A stretch of DNA of 64,000 nucleotides, taken from positions 49,972,001 through 50,036,000 of the forward strand of contig OX597827.1 in the NCBI GenBank assembly GCA_951406725.2, given 5' to 3'. The notes beneath the pieces were generated by a model, which was given only the letters and a program-made list of their open reading frames with translations, had not been told where the DNA came from and ran no database searches. Shown here one piece after another: positions 49,171 to 61,959 of this stretch. Position 1 is the first letter of the stretch; each line of letters starts with the position of its first letter. Source of the DNA: Octopus vulgaris (Eukaryota). The position numbers were made by a program, and so were the translations under genes.

Positions 49171-52100
49171 TACCTCTGGATATTCTTGTTGCTTATTTAT
49201 ATATATATATCGTCATTGCCAAAGTCTAAGAAAGTGCCAATGGTGTGGATTTGTTTAAGGTGAACCTCAACTTGCCAGGAAGTGACCCACGCACTTGATT
49301 TCATGTGGCATACATAGAATGAGACATGAAACTGCAACAAACGTCTGCTGACTGGGTTATAGTCTTGAGTTACACCTTCTGTAGCATACTCATCATCATC
49401 CGCTGGTTCAGGCTTTCAGATAGGATGCAATCATCGTCTACTTGTTCAACCTTTGGGATTTTGTGGGTGTGTGTATATATCATCATCATCATTTAACATC
49501 CATTATCCATACTGGCATGGGTTGGATGGTTTGACAGGAACTGAGCAGATGAAGGCCTGTTCAGGCTCCCATGTCTGTTTTAGCATGGCTTCTACGGCTG
49601 GATGCTCTTCCTAATGCTAATGCCCACACATGCACATGCATATATGTTTATTCTTGAATAAAGATTCAACAGAATAAGAAATAGTTGGTGCGAAGACTAT
49701 ACTCAATTTCTATGATTTGTCAATATTAAAAATTAATAAAAGTAATATTTAGTGGCAACCTTATATAGTTTAATGAAACTAAAAATATTAAAGTCTTTAT
49801 TTTTATCTTTCTATCTTCTGAGTTCAAATTCTGTTTGCTGTAAACTTTGCTCAATGAACCATAGAGCAAAGTAAGTAAGTACCGGATATGCTACTTTGTA
49901 ATTTCTTCAACGCCGCCCACTTTTTTTCAGATACTTTCTCTTCTATCAGTTTGATAAAAACGATAAAAAAACATCAATACTAACAACTTCAGTAGTTTTA
50001 GTGCAGCTACAAGCCTTCCCTACCATCAGCACATTTTATGCTGATAGAAACTGTGCCAAGCAGGAACATAGAAAAAAAAATCAAATAAAATTCTTAGACA
50101 TAATACCCTAATACATTTTAAGTAGATTGTCATAAATTAGAACCAAATTTTAAAACTTGGTATGTTTCAGGAAATGACTATTTCCTAATTGAAAATAAAT
50201 GTTAAGTATATTCACATCTGGTTTTTATTCTGATAATATTTTTCTATGTAGTTAATAACTAAGAAAATTTTGATGGTGTTGTTCTTATCATTGAGTTAAA
50301 CACGTTTGTAATAGAACACTTTCAGTCTGAATATGTGGTTTTATTTTCTTGAGTTGCCCAACTTTAGTAATACCAGTCTTTCCTTCAGATTAAAAAATAA
50401 TTACCACCAAGGGATTCAGTTCACTGCTATAAGTACAAGCGACACTGAATGAATTCAAATAGGGGTGAAATTTCAAAGAAAACTCAGAGAGGAAATGGTG
50501 CTGCAATATCAACATCATAAGAAGAAAAAAAACTCTTTATTTCCAGTCTATGAGGAAATTAGGTTTGAGTGAATTTAGAATTAGAAAAAGGGCATAAAAA
50601 CGGTTACTTAACCTAGAATTATTTAGTGAAGTGAAGCAGTGAATGTTTTAGAATGGCTAGTGGTGTTTAGATGATGGTTACAAACATGGGGGGAAAAGGG
50701 TGTTGAGAGAAAATGACAGATAGTTTCAGATCCCAAAAGGTTGAATATATACTTTTGACACAAGTGGGGACATCGGTCAAAAGAAGCTTTGTTTACAAAT
50801 GATTAGGAATTAGTATATTCTGAATAAATGCTAACGAGAGATTTACATGGCCTAAAGATTTTTTTGACAAATTTTCTCAACTGCCTTGCAGGACAACTTT
50901 TGTCTTTCATTTGTTTTTTGCTAGCATGTGACGATATAGCACTCTGGTTGCCATTTTATCAATACTGTAGCATGGATGAGTTGCAAGTATTAATAGCTAA
51001 ATGGATGATAAGCCAAAGAATGTGAAAATGTGCACATGTAGAACTTCAAGACATCAAAATAAAACATCAGAAAGTCCTGCATTTGACAGAAAACTGACCA
51101 AGAATTATAAAAGAAGTTAATTCAAAATTTTCCTTTTTCTTGATCACTCGTATTCATTCAGTAGAATTTAAGTATTTTTTGACCACATAATTATAATTTC
51201 TGTTCAATTATTTTCTAGAAAAGAATGCTATCAATATATCAGATTTTATGGAACAGGTTTGAGTGACTAAGGTATTAGTCAATATTTCTATAATAAATAA
51301 CTTCCTAGATTTTCAACCAAGATTTGAAATTTAGCATAAATTTTTCTACCAGTTATTGGTCTTGGCTTTCGCACAACTTTCACCCTCTCTACTTGTCAAC
51401 ACAGAAAAGTAGATTCTCTTACTCTTTCTCTCTCTCCTTTTTCCATCCATTTTCCAGCGGTCATTCACTGATGATGATAACTACTTACAAAATGCATTAT
51501 AGAGCTAAAAATAATCTGTGTGCAAAGAAGTTGAATTTTACATTGTAACAATGAAAATAAAGGGCCATTTCGACTAGTGATTATTATTTTTCTTCCCCAC
51601 ATAAAGGAATTTTTTCTGTTTGGTTGCCAAGATTTCAAAATCAAAGTTTATCAAAAATTTTTAAATTTGATACATTAATGTAGTTTTTCAAGCTGAATTG
51701 CTGGAGGTATTTAACTTTTACCAGAAAAATTTGATAATATTCACCCATGTCAAGAAACAGGATTTAGATGCCGTCATTTAGAGCGTGACTGCACATTTTG
51801 TCAATGTCCCGAAAATGGCACATGTGTATTTATATGGTTTATTTTTATAAACTGTAAACAAATTACGCTCGACATTTAACTCCTCATAGCCTTTTTATTT
51901 TTTGAAATTTTCAGAAAATTTTTGCCAATTTGTATTATGCACACGGAAATTCATACGATTATGAAAAAAAAATTATGGGGATACGTGATTTAAGGCCTAT
52001 TTAGTTGTCTTTTAGCTGTTATTTTTAGTACACCTCACAACCACCTCAATGGCGTAAAAAAAAAAACGAGTAGACATGTATTTTGTAGTTTTATGCATTC

Positions 52101-52182
52101 AATATACATTTAATGCTATAAACAGTGCATTACAAATTGAATATTTCTTAAGATAAGAAACTTATAACACAAACTTATATAT

Positions 52183-52572
52183 AGGCGCAGGAGTGGCTGT
52201 GTGGTAAGTAGCTTGTCTACCAACCACATGGTTCCGGGTTCAGTCCCACTGCATGACACCTTGGGCAAGTGTCTTCTACTATAACCTCGGGCTGACCAAA
52301 GCCTTGTGAGTGGATTTGGTAGACGGAAACTGAAAGAAGCCCGTCGTATATATATATATATACATACATGCGTGTGTGTGTTTGTGTTTGTCCCCCTAGC
52401 ATTGCTTGACAACCGTTGCTAGTGTGTTTATGTCCCCGTTACTTAGCGGTTTGGCAAAAGAGACCGATAGAATAAGTGCTGGGCTTACAAAAGAATAAAT
52501 CCCGGGGTCGATTTGCTCGATTAAAAGCGGTGCTCCAGCATGGCCACAGTCAAATGACTGAAACAAGTAAAA
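52183..52572 (+). mobile_element. SINE family B, full length
   Basis: Head, core and tail as in 18245-18676. Confidence 0.9.
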
Positions 52573-52684
52573 TAGTATGTATTCCAGCAGTGTGTCACGA
52601 TTCCAACAAGGCACCACATAAAGAAAAACTAGTCTAGTTTCACGACACACTAGTGTGCTCAGTTATACTTACATCTTGAGAAAA

Positions 52685-53070
52685 CTATTTCGTCTTCTCA
52701 ACAATCTTCCCAGAACCACCATCCTTAACTAGTTGACGGAGCAGGTCCTCCGCACACACTTCCCTAACATAGCTGTTATAATCAACAGCTGTGCAATGAC
52801 TCATCTCCAGTTTTTCAGCACAAAACTGGACTGAAGTCAATTCCTTAACCCATGAGTAAAGGAAAAGTACTACAATCCTAAGAGGAAGGAAGCCACCTTC
52901 AAACCACGTTTCTTTCCATACTGACACAGACTCCATGGATCCTCGGCGTGAATATTGCTTATACATATTCCCACCACGTTCTTTTGTACTCATAAAATGT
53001 TTCTTCATTTTGCATAATTTTCTTTTAGGTATAACGCCCTTTTCTTGAAAGTACAAAACCGCATCCTCCT
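52685..53070 (-). mobile_element. Merlin (IS1016-like) transposase fragment
   Basis: ETWFEG..LPL..VVLFLYSW...FCAEKLEMS..TAVDYNSYVREVC...GGSGKIVE; truncated at the VEIDES motif. Related repeats at ~51986-52053 and ~53078-53135. Confidence 0.8.
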
Positions 53071-53599
53071 CTGGTGTGTGATTTAGGGCCTATTTGGCTG
53101 CTATTTTTAGCACATATGACAATCACCTCAATGACTGAACTATATTTGTTAATATGTCCTTTCTCGCAGACAAAAGAGTTCTCATGTTTGGCTTGTTACT
53201 ATGGAAATAGGCATAAATGTGTGTATGGCTTGAGATTGATTAAAACTACCCCAAATTTTCAAACTTTAATAGTTAATAACTTTTTATTTATTGACTTATG
53301 GCGAAAATGATTTTCATGGCATTGATTAGTATATAAAAGTATATTGTTACACTGAATGAGAAATAAATTCGAATAGAAATTAAAGAGACAAAAAGAAAAG
53401 AAATTGGCAGACAAACAGGAAAGATCTCAGGGAGAATGACAATTATGAAAGCAACATCAGATACATTGAAAAGGAGAATTTCTTGGACTGTATGGCTGGG
53501 CAGGAAGCTGGTGGTGCCTTGCTGTCTGGTTAGTCTTTGAAGGGATTTTCGGTTAGCAGTGGAACGTTTGAAGGGGACGTTGAAGAAAAGTGGGAGGAT

Positions 53600-53834
53600 A
53601 ATGGGTTCATTAGGTAAAATTTTATTTGTAAAATACAGATAGTGGGTTCATTAGGTAAAATTTTATTTGTAAAATACAGTTGCTTTGAATTTGCTTCAGA
53701 ATGAGGTCTATGTTTGTGATGGTTAGTTAGGGGTGGGGGCACTAGGAATGCAGCTTGGGTGTCCAGCTTGGGGGCACTAGGAATGCAGCTTGGGTGTCCA
53801 GAGGCGGCAGCCCGAAAAAGTCTGGGAACCACTG
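53600..53834 (-). mobile_element. hAT/Charlie-like MITE end with two internal tandem duplications
   Basis: Minus strand starts CAGTGGTTCCCAGAC. Duplications TGGGTTCATTAGG...ATACAG x2 and GGGGCACTAGGAATGCAGCTTGGGTGTCCAG x2. Confidence 0.5.
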
Positions 53835-54271
53835 GTGTAAACAAACATGAGGTATATGTGTTTACTGTGTATGTGTTAGTGCCTTCTGTATACGGGTGTG
53901 TGAACGTATGTATATTCGTGTATTTATGTGTGCATTTGCCTGGAAAAAGATATGCGTACGTATTTTTATCTGGTGTATGCGTGTGTGTACACACACATAC
54001 ACAATAGAGTCAATGCTATCTTCATCAATATTTTCTCATGAATTATTTACCTCCCCCCCCACACACATCATTATTTCACGGATATTAAAGGTATGTCAGC
54101 ATCCAAGTTCTCCAGTTTTATCCAGTGTATCAGTGAAATACTAAAAGATGTTAGCTTCACATTGATGGATATTGGTATGTTACCATTTATGTATAATAAA
54201 AAGAACATGGAGAAATTGACATATAAACATCAATTTATTAAAACAAATCCAATTTCGAACAATATCAAACT

Positions 54272-54814
54272 CATCATCATCATCGTTTAACGTCCGCTTT
54301 CCATGCTAGCATGGGTTGGATGGTTCAACTGGGGTCTGAAGGCTGCACCAGGCCAGTCAGATCTGGTGGTGTTTCTACAGCTGGATGCCCTTCCTAACGC
54401 CAACCACTCTGTGAGTGTAGAGGGTGCTTTTTATGTGCCACCGACACAGGTGCCAGACGAGGCTGGCGAACGGCCACGCTCGGATGGTGTTTTTTACGTG
54501 CCACCGGCACGGAAGCCAGGCGAGGCTGGCACGGCCACGATCGGATGGTGTTTGTTACGTGCCACCAGCACGGAGGCCAGTTGATGCGGTGCTGGCTATG
54601 GCCACGTTCGGATGGTTCTCTTATGTGTCACCAGCACTGGTACCACAAACTACAAATTCTATTGATGTGGATCGATTTCGATTTGATTCTTTGATTTTCA
54701 TTTTCACTTACCTCAGCAGGTCTTCACAAGTAGAGTTATGTGTCCCAAGAAGGAAGGTATGCACAGGTGGACTGTGCACAGGTAGGAGCCATGGGTTATG
54801 GCCTCACTTGCCCT
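54272..54814 (-). mobile_element. RTE LINE complete 3' UTR
   Basis: Extends from the (CAT)n tail back to the ORF-stop region seen at 28205-28220. Confidence 0.85.
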
Positions 54815-54907
54815 CCTACAATTGTTTCCATGTTCAATCAATACAGATTAGAAAAATTAAATTAAAGATTCATATTGAAAAATAATTGATTGAACACTTC
54901 ATCAGGG
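54815..54907 (-). ncRNA. Type-I hammerhead motif with 12-bp helix II
   Basis: Minus strand: cc CTGATGA AG TGTTCAATCAAT..ATTGATTGAACA TG GAAA CAATTG TA gg; helix III palindrome ACAATTGT. Confidence 0.7.
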
Positions 54908-55197
54908 TCAGAACTTGATTGAAAAAGGAACTACATCCTAATGTGTTGATGTGTCCTTGGTAAACTCGGCATTAAATTCAGATATGCACACTTCTGAATT
55001 CTAATGTATTAACCCTCCTCCCCCGTTAATTGTGTATATGCAACTTTGTTTTAATTTATTTTTACGCCTGCGTTTGTTAAAGTGCTGAAAAACAAAGGAG
55101 CCGTTGGGTTGCCTAAACGATATCTTAATACAGTTAATTGTAATTAAAAACTTTTATTCCAAATTTTCAATACTACTTCTGAGCCAAGCAGCTACTA

Positions 55198-55236
55198 TGT
55201 GTTGATGAAGAGCAATAATCCTGAAACTAGTCCACA
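55198..55236 (+). ncRNA. Minimal type-I hammerhead motif (U3.G8), GUC triplet
   Basis: tgtg TTGATGA AGAG caataa TCCT GAAA CTAG TC caca; helix III palindrome ACTAGT. Confidence 0.6.
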
Positions 55237-57418
55237 GATGTTGTTTTGTGCTGGAGCGGGGATACTGAATTCCTGGTTCGAAAATATAAAGACAGATAAT
55301 GGGTCAAATAGCCAGCTAGAAACGATGTTTTCTGGGGTCAATAAACAGTAACAACGTCCCTTACAAGACAGCCATTAAATTTTACTTTATATATATATGT
55401 ATATAGTCATGCTTTTGGTATTTATGCGTGCAAACATGACAGATGTGTGTTACTGTGGTTGCAACGTCGCAGGGAAGGCGGGGTCGAGTGGAAATTTTAC
55501 ATTGGATCGAGGTTCAGTGGTGTTAGGAGGATAAAAAAGGAAAAGTATACTTACGTAGACGGATGTGTGTGTGCACACAACCATGTATATGGACGAGCGT
55601 AGGGAGTTACAGGGGATGCATAAGGCTGGAAACTCAGCCTATGTTCTGCATAAGCATCAGAAACCCTATCCTTGGTTGTGGGGCAGCCAGTGATTTGAAG
55701 TTTACAAGGAGGGTGTACCTCTGATGGCAGCAATAAGATAGTTCATATTTCCTGTTGAAAGGCAGGATGTGCCTAGAGGGCAGCTTGTAGGGTTTTAGCA
55801 ATTACAGAGTGGAACGGAAATTGTAGGTGCATGTTCATGCAGTGGGACTGAACTTGAAACCTCATGGTAGGGAAGCAAACTTCCTACCACACAGCCACAC
55901 CAACAAATTTTAGTAAATTTACTAAAATTATGAAAATTAAAATGTAGAAAACATATTTGAGTGAAATGTCTTTATTAATGCTTTAAATGAAAGTTTAGAA
56001 AAATAGAAATATTGACAGGAAGGAACAATATGTAAGTAATAGTGTTATAATATCACTACCAAGATAGCCAGTTAGACTTGCTGCAACATGAGTTTGTAAT
56101 TATCATAAGAAAAATTCTTTTTCTGATAATATAGTAAATGTATTTTGAACACTATCAATGCAGTGAAATGTATATAAATAGCAATGGTAAAACAGCTGGG
56201 TATAATTGGAAGCCTCTTGAATGTATGCTCATTTCTCCTTTCAATTTATATATATATTTTAATTATTAGAACAGTTCAAGGCAGAAAATTAGCAGACTCA
56301 TTAGCATATTTAGTAAAATGGTTAGCTTTATTTTGTCCGTCTTTATGTTCTGAGTTCAAATGCTGCTGAGACTGACTTTGCCTTTCATCCTTTCAGGGTT
56401 GTTAAAATAAGTACTAGTTTAGTACTGGGGTCAACAGTACTAAAGAGAGACTTACCCTCTCCCCCTAACTTGCTGGCTGTATGCCAAAACTGGAAATCAA
56501 TAATGAAATTAGTTATAAATCTTAGCTATAATAATTTATTATAATTATTACTTCACTCATTTCACGAATCTTGAAAAGATAAAAGGCTAAACTGAATCAT
56601 TTAATAGTCGTGGAAATATATACACACACACACACAACATTAAAGGCCTAAATTTTACATAATCCATAGTTTAATTGTTTCATTATGATAAGCATCATGC
56701 AATGCATGACTGAATTAAATAAAATTCAATCAAGTCATGTTATGTTACTGGGTTAAATACATTGAGGCAGAAAAAAAAAAAACTCTGAGGTAATTCAGTG
56801 CTTTGTGATACTAGAGAAAAAAAAAGAAAACTTCTTATTTAACCTCAATAATTATGAGTTTTCTATATCCCCAATACTCCTTAAGAAAGTCCTTATCTTC
56901 ACTAGAAAGATCTCCCCTTTAAGCATGACAGACTGGTATTATTTTAGCTGTTAAGAGTGCAATTCTATCCTGCAATGTTAATTATTGGAATTGAAAATTT
57001 GGATATAATTTTGATATCACTCACTATGAGCTAACCAAACTCAGCTCAGATAATTTAGATGGATTATTTATCTTATTTGAACTAGAAGCAAATTTTTGTG
57101 ATTAGGCAGCAACTACATGATGACTCTCTCTCTCTTCACAATCACCAACTAATCTCTTTCTGAATTAGAAAATCTTTACTTAAATTTTTTTTTTTAAATT
57201 ATGATTTATGTATCATCATTGAAAAAAGTATTAAAATTGAAAAGTTCCTTGATCTGACAGTTTAAAATTTTATTTTTATTACCCCTCTCATAAATATAAC
57301 GAAACTTTATATTACATATATATATATATAAACATCTATTTATCCTAGATCCACAATAACTAGTTTAGCTAGAAAAATTTTAGAATGTTTTTAATCTTTT
57401 AGCTAAGGAAAAAAAAAG

Positions 57419-57650
57419 GTGGAGGCACATGGCTTAGTGGTTAGGGTGTTGGACTCATGATTGTAAGATTATGGTTTCAGTTCTTGGACTAAGTGATGCA
57501 TCGTGTTCTTGAGTAAAATATTTCATTTCATGTTGTTTCAGTCCACTCAAAAATGAGTATTTCCTGGGATGGATTGACATCCCATACAGGGGGAGAAATA
57601 TATGCACCATGAGTCTCTATGACTCAGGAAAATTTTTTATCCTTTATCCT
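57419..57650 (+). mobile_element. Old tRNA-derived SINE (family A-like)
   Basis: GTGGAGGCACATGGCTTAGTGGTTAGGG head, degraded body. Confidence 0.6.
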
Positions 57651-57787
57651 AATGAAAAAAATCTTTAATGATAACTCAACTTACTATTAATGATGTTCTA
57701 ATACAAAGTGGAGATGACAAAGTTAATAAAATATATCTGTAATGCAAAATTTCCAACAAAAATACAGTAAAGATTTCTTATTCGACT

Positions 57788-58134
57788 TACTCTTTTACTT
57801 GTTTCAGTCATTTGACTGCAGCCATGCTGGAGTACCGCCTTTAATCGAGCAACTCAACCCCGGGACTTATTCTTTGTAAGCCCAGTACTTATTCTATCAG
57901 TCTCTTTTGCTGAACCGCTAAGTGACGGGGACATAAACACAGACACACAAACATACACGCACACATATATACGATGGGCTTCTTTCAGTTTCCATCTACC
58001 AAATCCACTCACAAGGCTTTGGTTGACCCGAGGCTATAGTAGAAGACACTTGCCCAATGTGCCATGCAGTGGGACTGAACCCGGAACCATGTGGTTGGTA
58101 AACAAGCTACTTACCACACAGCCACTCCTGTGCC
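57788..58134 (-). mobile_element. SINE family B
   Basis: Family sequence on the minus strand. Confidence 0.88.
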
Positions 58135-59110
58135 TAATTTCAAACAGATTATTGCTTCTTCTAATGCACACAAGCTAAATAAACTAGTGAACACCTTTCT
58201 ACCAAGAACAGCAATCTCAGTAACATCAATAATTTACCACTCAACAAGAACTGTTTAGCTAGTACACAGTCTATAAATTTACTGTTGACAAATCTTTATC
58301 CAGAGTCTATATTGGTATGACTTCAAACTTGTTCATATATAATCTAATTTGCACAGCAATTCCTTTAGACATTGCAACAGAGCTATCCAAACATCACTAG
58401 CTAAATATATCCATGCCATAAAAAGTAAATCTTTTCCTTATAACATCTAGTGGAATATCCTCACCAGAGCTAGACCCAATTCTGAAAAACCATGTGATTT
58501 TTGCGTATATGAAAGCTTGGAAATATTCTCTAAAAACAATTTTTTAAATAAAATAAACTCCATCTTGCATTCATAGAAAGCACCACAACCACTGCCCCTT
58601 GTCCTTAAGATCACTCTTTAATTGGCATGATTTCCATTACCATTTTTGCCAACAATCATCCATGCTTTCATTACTAACATTTGTTGCTTTTTACTGACAT
58701 CCATCACACTCTTATCGCTGACAATTCCAACAGTTACTCTCACCACTTGCACTTAATTTTTGACTGGCAAATATGTAGCTGCCATTTACACCATGCCATC
58801 TTTATTTCCCTTTTTACAAATTTTCTTTATTACTACTCATTATTCTCTAGCACTAGCTCTCCAGTTTCTCACCCCTATTGTCAATGCTTTCCTTCTCTCC
58901 CTCTCATTCAAGTCAATGTAGAGCAGTGAAGATCCTGGTACAAGTACAAATATTACAATAAAGTACATTCAGAAAACTGTGAAGTGGTGGATGAACAATG
59001 GAGACATTGTATAGCAAAGAAGATAGTCTTGTCTTGTCAAGAGCTTAACAGCTTTTCTAGTGTTAGTGCTAGGAAAAAATGCACCTGGTACATTCAGTAA
59101 AGTGTCTGGT

Positions 59111-59345
59111 AAGGGCGGCAAGCTGGCAGAAACGTTAGCATGCCGGGCGAAGTGCTTAGCGGTATTTCGTCTGTCGTTACGCTGTGAGTTCAAATTCCGC
59201 CGAGGTCGACTTTGCCTTTCATCCTTTCGGGGTCGATAAATTAAGCACCAGTTACGCACTGGGGTCAATGTAATCGACTTAATAACTATGTCTGTCCTTG
59301 TTTGTCCCCTCTGTGTTTAGCCCCTTGTTGGTAATAAAGAAATAG
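59111..59345 (+). mobile_element. SINE family C, full length
   Basis: Family head, core and tail. Confidence 0.88.
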
Positions 59346-60117
59346 GTATTAAATAAAGCATCCAATAGAAATGCTCAAATGAAAATGAATGAGTGAAGCA
59401 TAGTTTTTGGTCATTCCTTGGAGAGAAGTAACTCCAAATAAGGGCTGACACAAACATTGATAACCTGTTCAACCCATGCCAGCATGGAAAGCAGATATAA
59501 AAAGGATGATGATGATGGTATATTTTATATGTCCCAGATTCTTGATTAAGCATTTTCCCAAGCTATTCTTCCCCAGGGTTGAAGCTTCCATTTACTGCCT
59601 TAATGTTTTCAGTTTGAGTGAGCTATTAAATAAAGTCTTAGGCACTGTCCTTACTCCCACGACTAATTGTTACAAAATAAATAATAAATACATATTTTTT
59701 TAGACGTGAGAACTGACGAATAAGTTGAAATCCATATTTTTTCAAAGTTAGAACCATTTTGTTCAAATAGGCTATTAATGCTTTTGCAAGAAGACAAGAA
59801 CATTACTGAATCATGTTTCCTTCTTGTAAACATTGCAAGAAACAATCATTACTTGTGAGAAATTATTGTCATTATTATTATTATCAGAGTTCTGATATAA
59901 GCACAAAGCTTATTATTACTATTGTTATAGTGGTTATATGTTGATATTTTCATGTTGATTTACCTTTGGTTCATTATAAGCATAAATTTTTGTATCAATG
60001 CAGAATAGCTTGAAAAGTTAACAAAAAAATGTAAGGTTCATACTTCATACACTCAATCCCAATATCCAGCTGTTACTTATTAACTAACAGAGAAGATGAA
60101 TGATTACAAAGAAGAAA

Positions 60118-60550
60118 TTCTTTCTACTATAGGCATAAGGCCAGAAATATCGGGAGACAGGGCAAGACAATTACACTGACCCCAGTACTCAACTGGTACT
60201 TATTTTACGCTGGGCGAAATGCGTAGCCATATTTCGACTGCTGCTATGTTCTGAGTTCAAATTCCGCCAAGGTCGACTTTGCCTTTCATCCTTTTGGGGT
60301 CGATAAATTAAGTACCAGTTACGCACTGGGGTCGATGTAATCGACTTGATCCGTTTGTCTGTCCTTGTTTGTCCCTTCTGTGTTTAGCCCCTTGTGGGTA
60401 GTAAAGAAATAGGTACTTATTTTATCAATCCTGAAAGGAAGAAAGGCAAAGTTGACCTCGGCAGAATTTAAACTCAATGCTAAGATGGATGATATGCTGC
60501 TGAGCAATTCGCCTGGTGTGCTAACGATTCTGCCAGCTCAATGCCACCTT
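60118..60550. mobile_element. SINE family C (+, 60208-60411) nested antisense in an older related SINE (-)
   Basis: 13-bp TSD GGTACTTATTTTA at 60195-60207 and 60412-60424. Confidence 0.8.
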
Positions 60551-61794
60551 AGGATAACTAATAAAATATGACAAGTGTGGTGCTGGCAAACAACAGTTAC
60601 AACCCCTTTACTTTTAATCACTTTGTGAAAGCTTTTACAAATGTCCAGAGATAGAGTGTTTTAAAAAGAAACAAAATTATTAAAAAATTGTTTCACTTCT
60701 CCTTTTTGAACACCTTCACATAGCATGGAGACAAGGATATTGATGTTGTCTTTCAGCTTGTAATTTCTTCTCACACTAAATCAGAGTCCATGAATGAATA
60801 TCGGGGAAGGTTACAGCTTCTTTTGTATCTTATTACTTTTGAGAACTTCTTTCAAAGGTTTGTTGTTGTTGTTGTTTAATCCCAGCGCAAACCTTACTGT
60901 GTTGATCAATGATCAAAGATATTCTAGCCTTAATCAGTGTCTCAGGACACTATGCGATGTGTTTCTTCACTATCCATAATTCAAAACTTGTTTTTTTTCA
61001 AACTAAGCATTTCCAGTTTGTTCCTGATATTTTTATTTTGATTGTTATGCAAAATTAATAGAGTACTCAGAAAAATGTTGTGAGTACAAATTTTCTGAAA
61101 GCCAACTTGCTTTCCATCACTTCCAGGTTTATACAGGAGTTGAGAAATATATTAGGAAATCTCTCAAGGTGACTGTACTCTCATATATAAATTTGCAGTC
61201 TTTTCTGAAGTAAGGTATTAATATTTTAGTTGCTATTGCTTTAACTGTTGTAAATAGTTCTATGTAATAGGAAGAGAAAAAATATTGAAATATCTCAATG
61301 CTCTTTTTTTAAAATTTAATGATGCATAATATTAGGTTAAACATATGATCAATGAGGTTCCATCTGTGACCATCTGTCTGAATATTTAAGACGACAATGT
61401 AGTCAATATAAATAATCCCTGATGGTATCCTTTTTCATTTCAGGTGGTAGGATATGATGTAAGGGCAATTTGAGTATAATTTCAAGCAATGAATACATAG
61501 ATGTTCCTCTCGCTGGTTGGCACAATATAATGAAGTAATGTGTGAAGGTGATTAGTATAGTGTAAGAGTGGAGAAATGTAGTAAAATACATTTTAGTATG
61601 TGCTTAGAATAATTAAAATAATTTCAGACTTGAATGGATATTTGAATTGAATGAAACAAATGAAAAAAAACCAAGTTACTAATATTAATTATTTCCTCAT
61701 TTCTGGGACAAGGTCCAACATTAGTTGATAGAATCAAACTTAGCACATGCTTGGTATTTATTTTGTTGATGCTAGAAATATAAAGTTAACACTG

Positions 61795-61959
61795 CTACAC
61801 TCTCGGAGTGGTTGGTGTTAGGAAGGGCATCCAGCTGTAGAAACTCTGCCAAATCAAGACTGGAGCCTGGTGCAGCCATCTGGTTCGCCAGTCCTCAGTC
61901 AAAATCGTCCAACCCATGCTAGCATGGAAAGCGGACGTTAAACGATGATGATGATGATG
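61795..61959 (+). mobile_element. RTE LINE 3' end
   Basis: Family sequence with (GAT)n tail. Confidence 0.85.
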
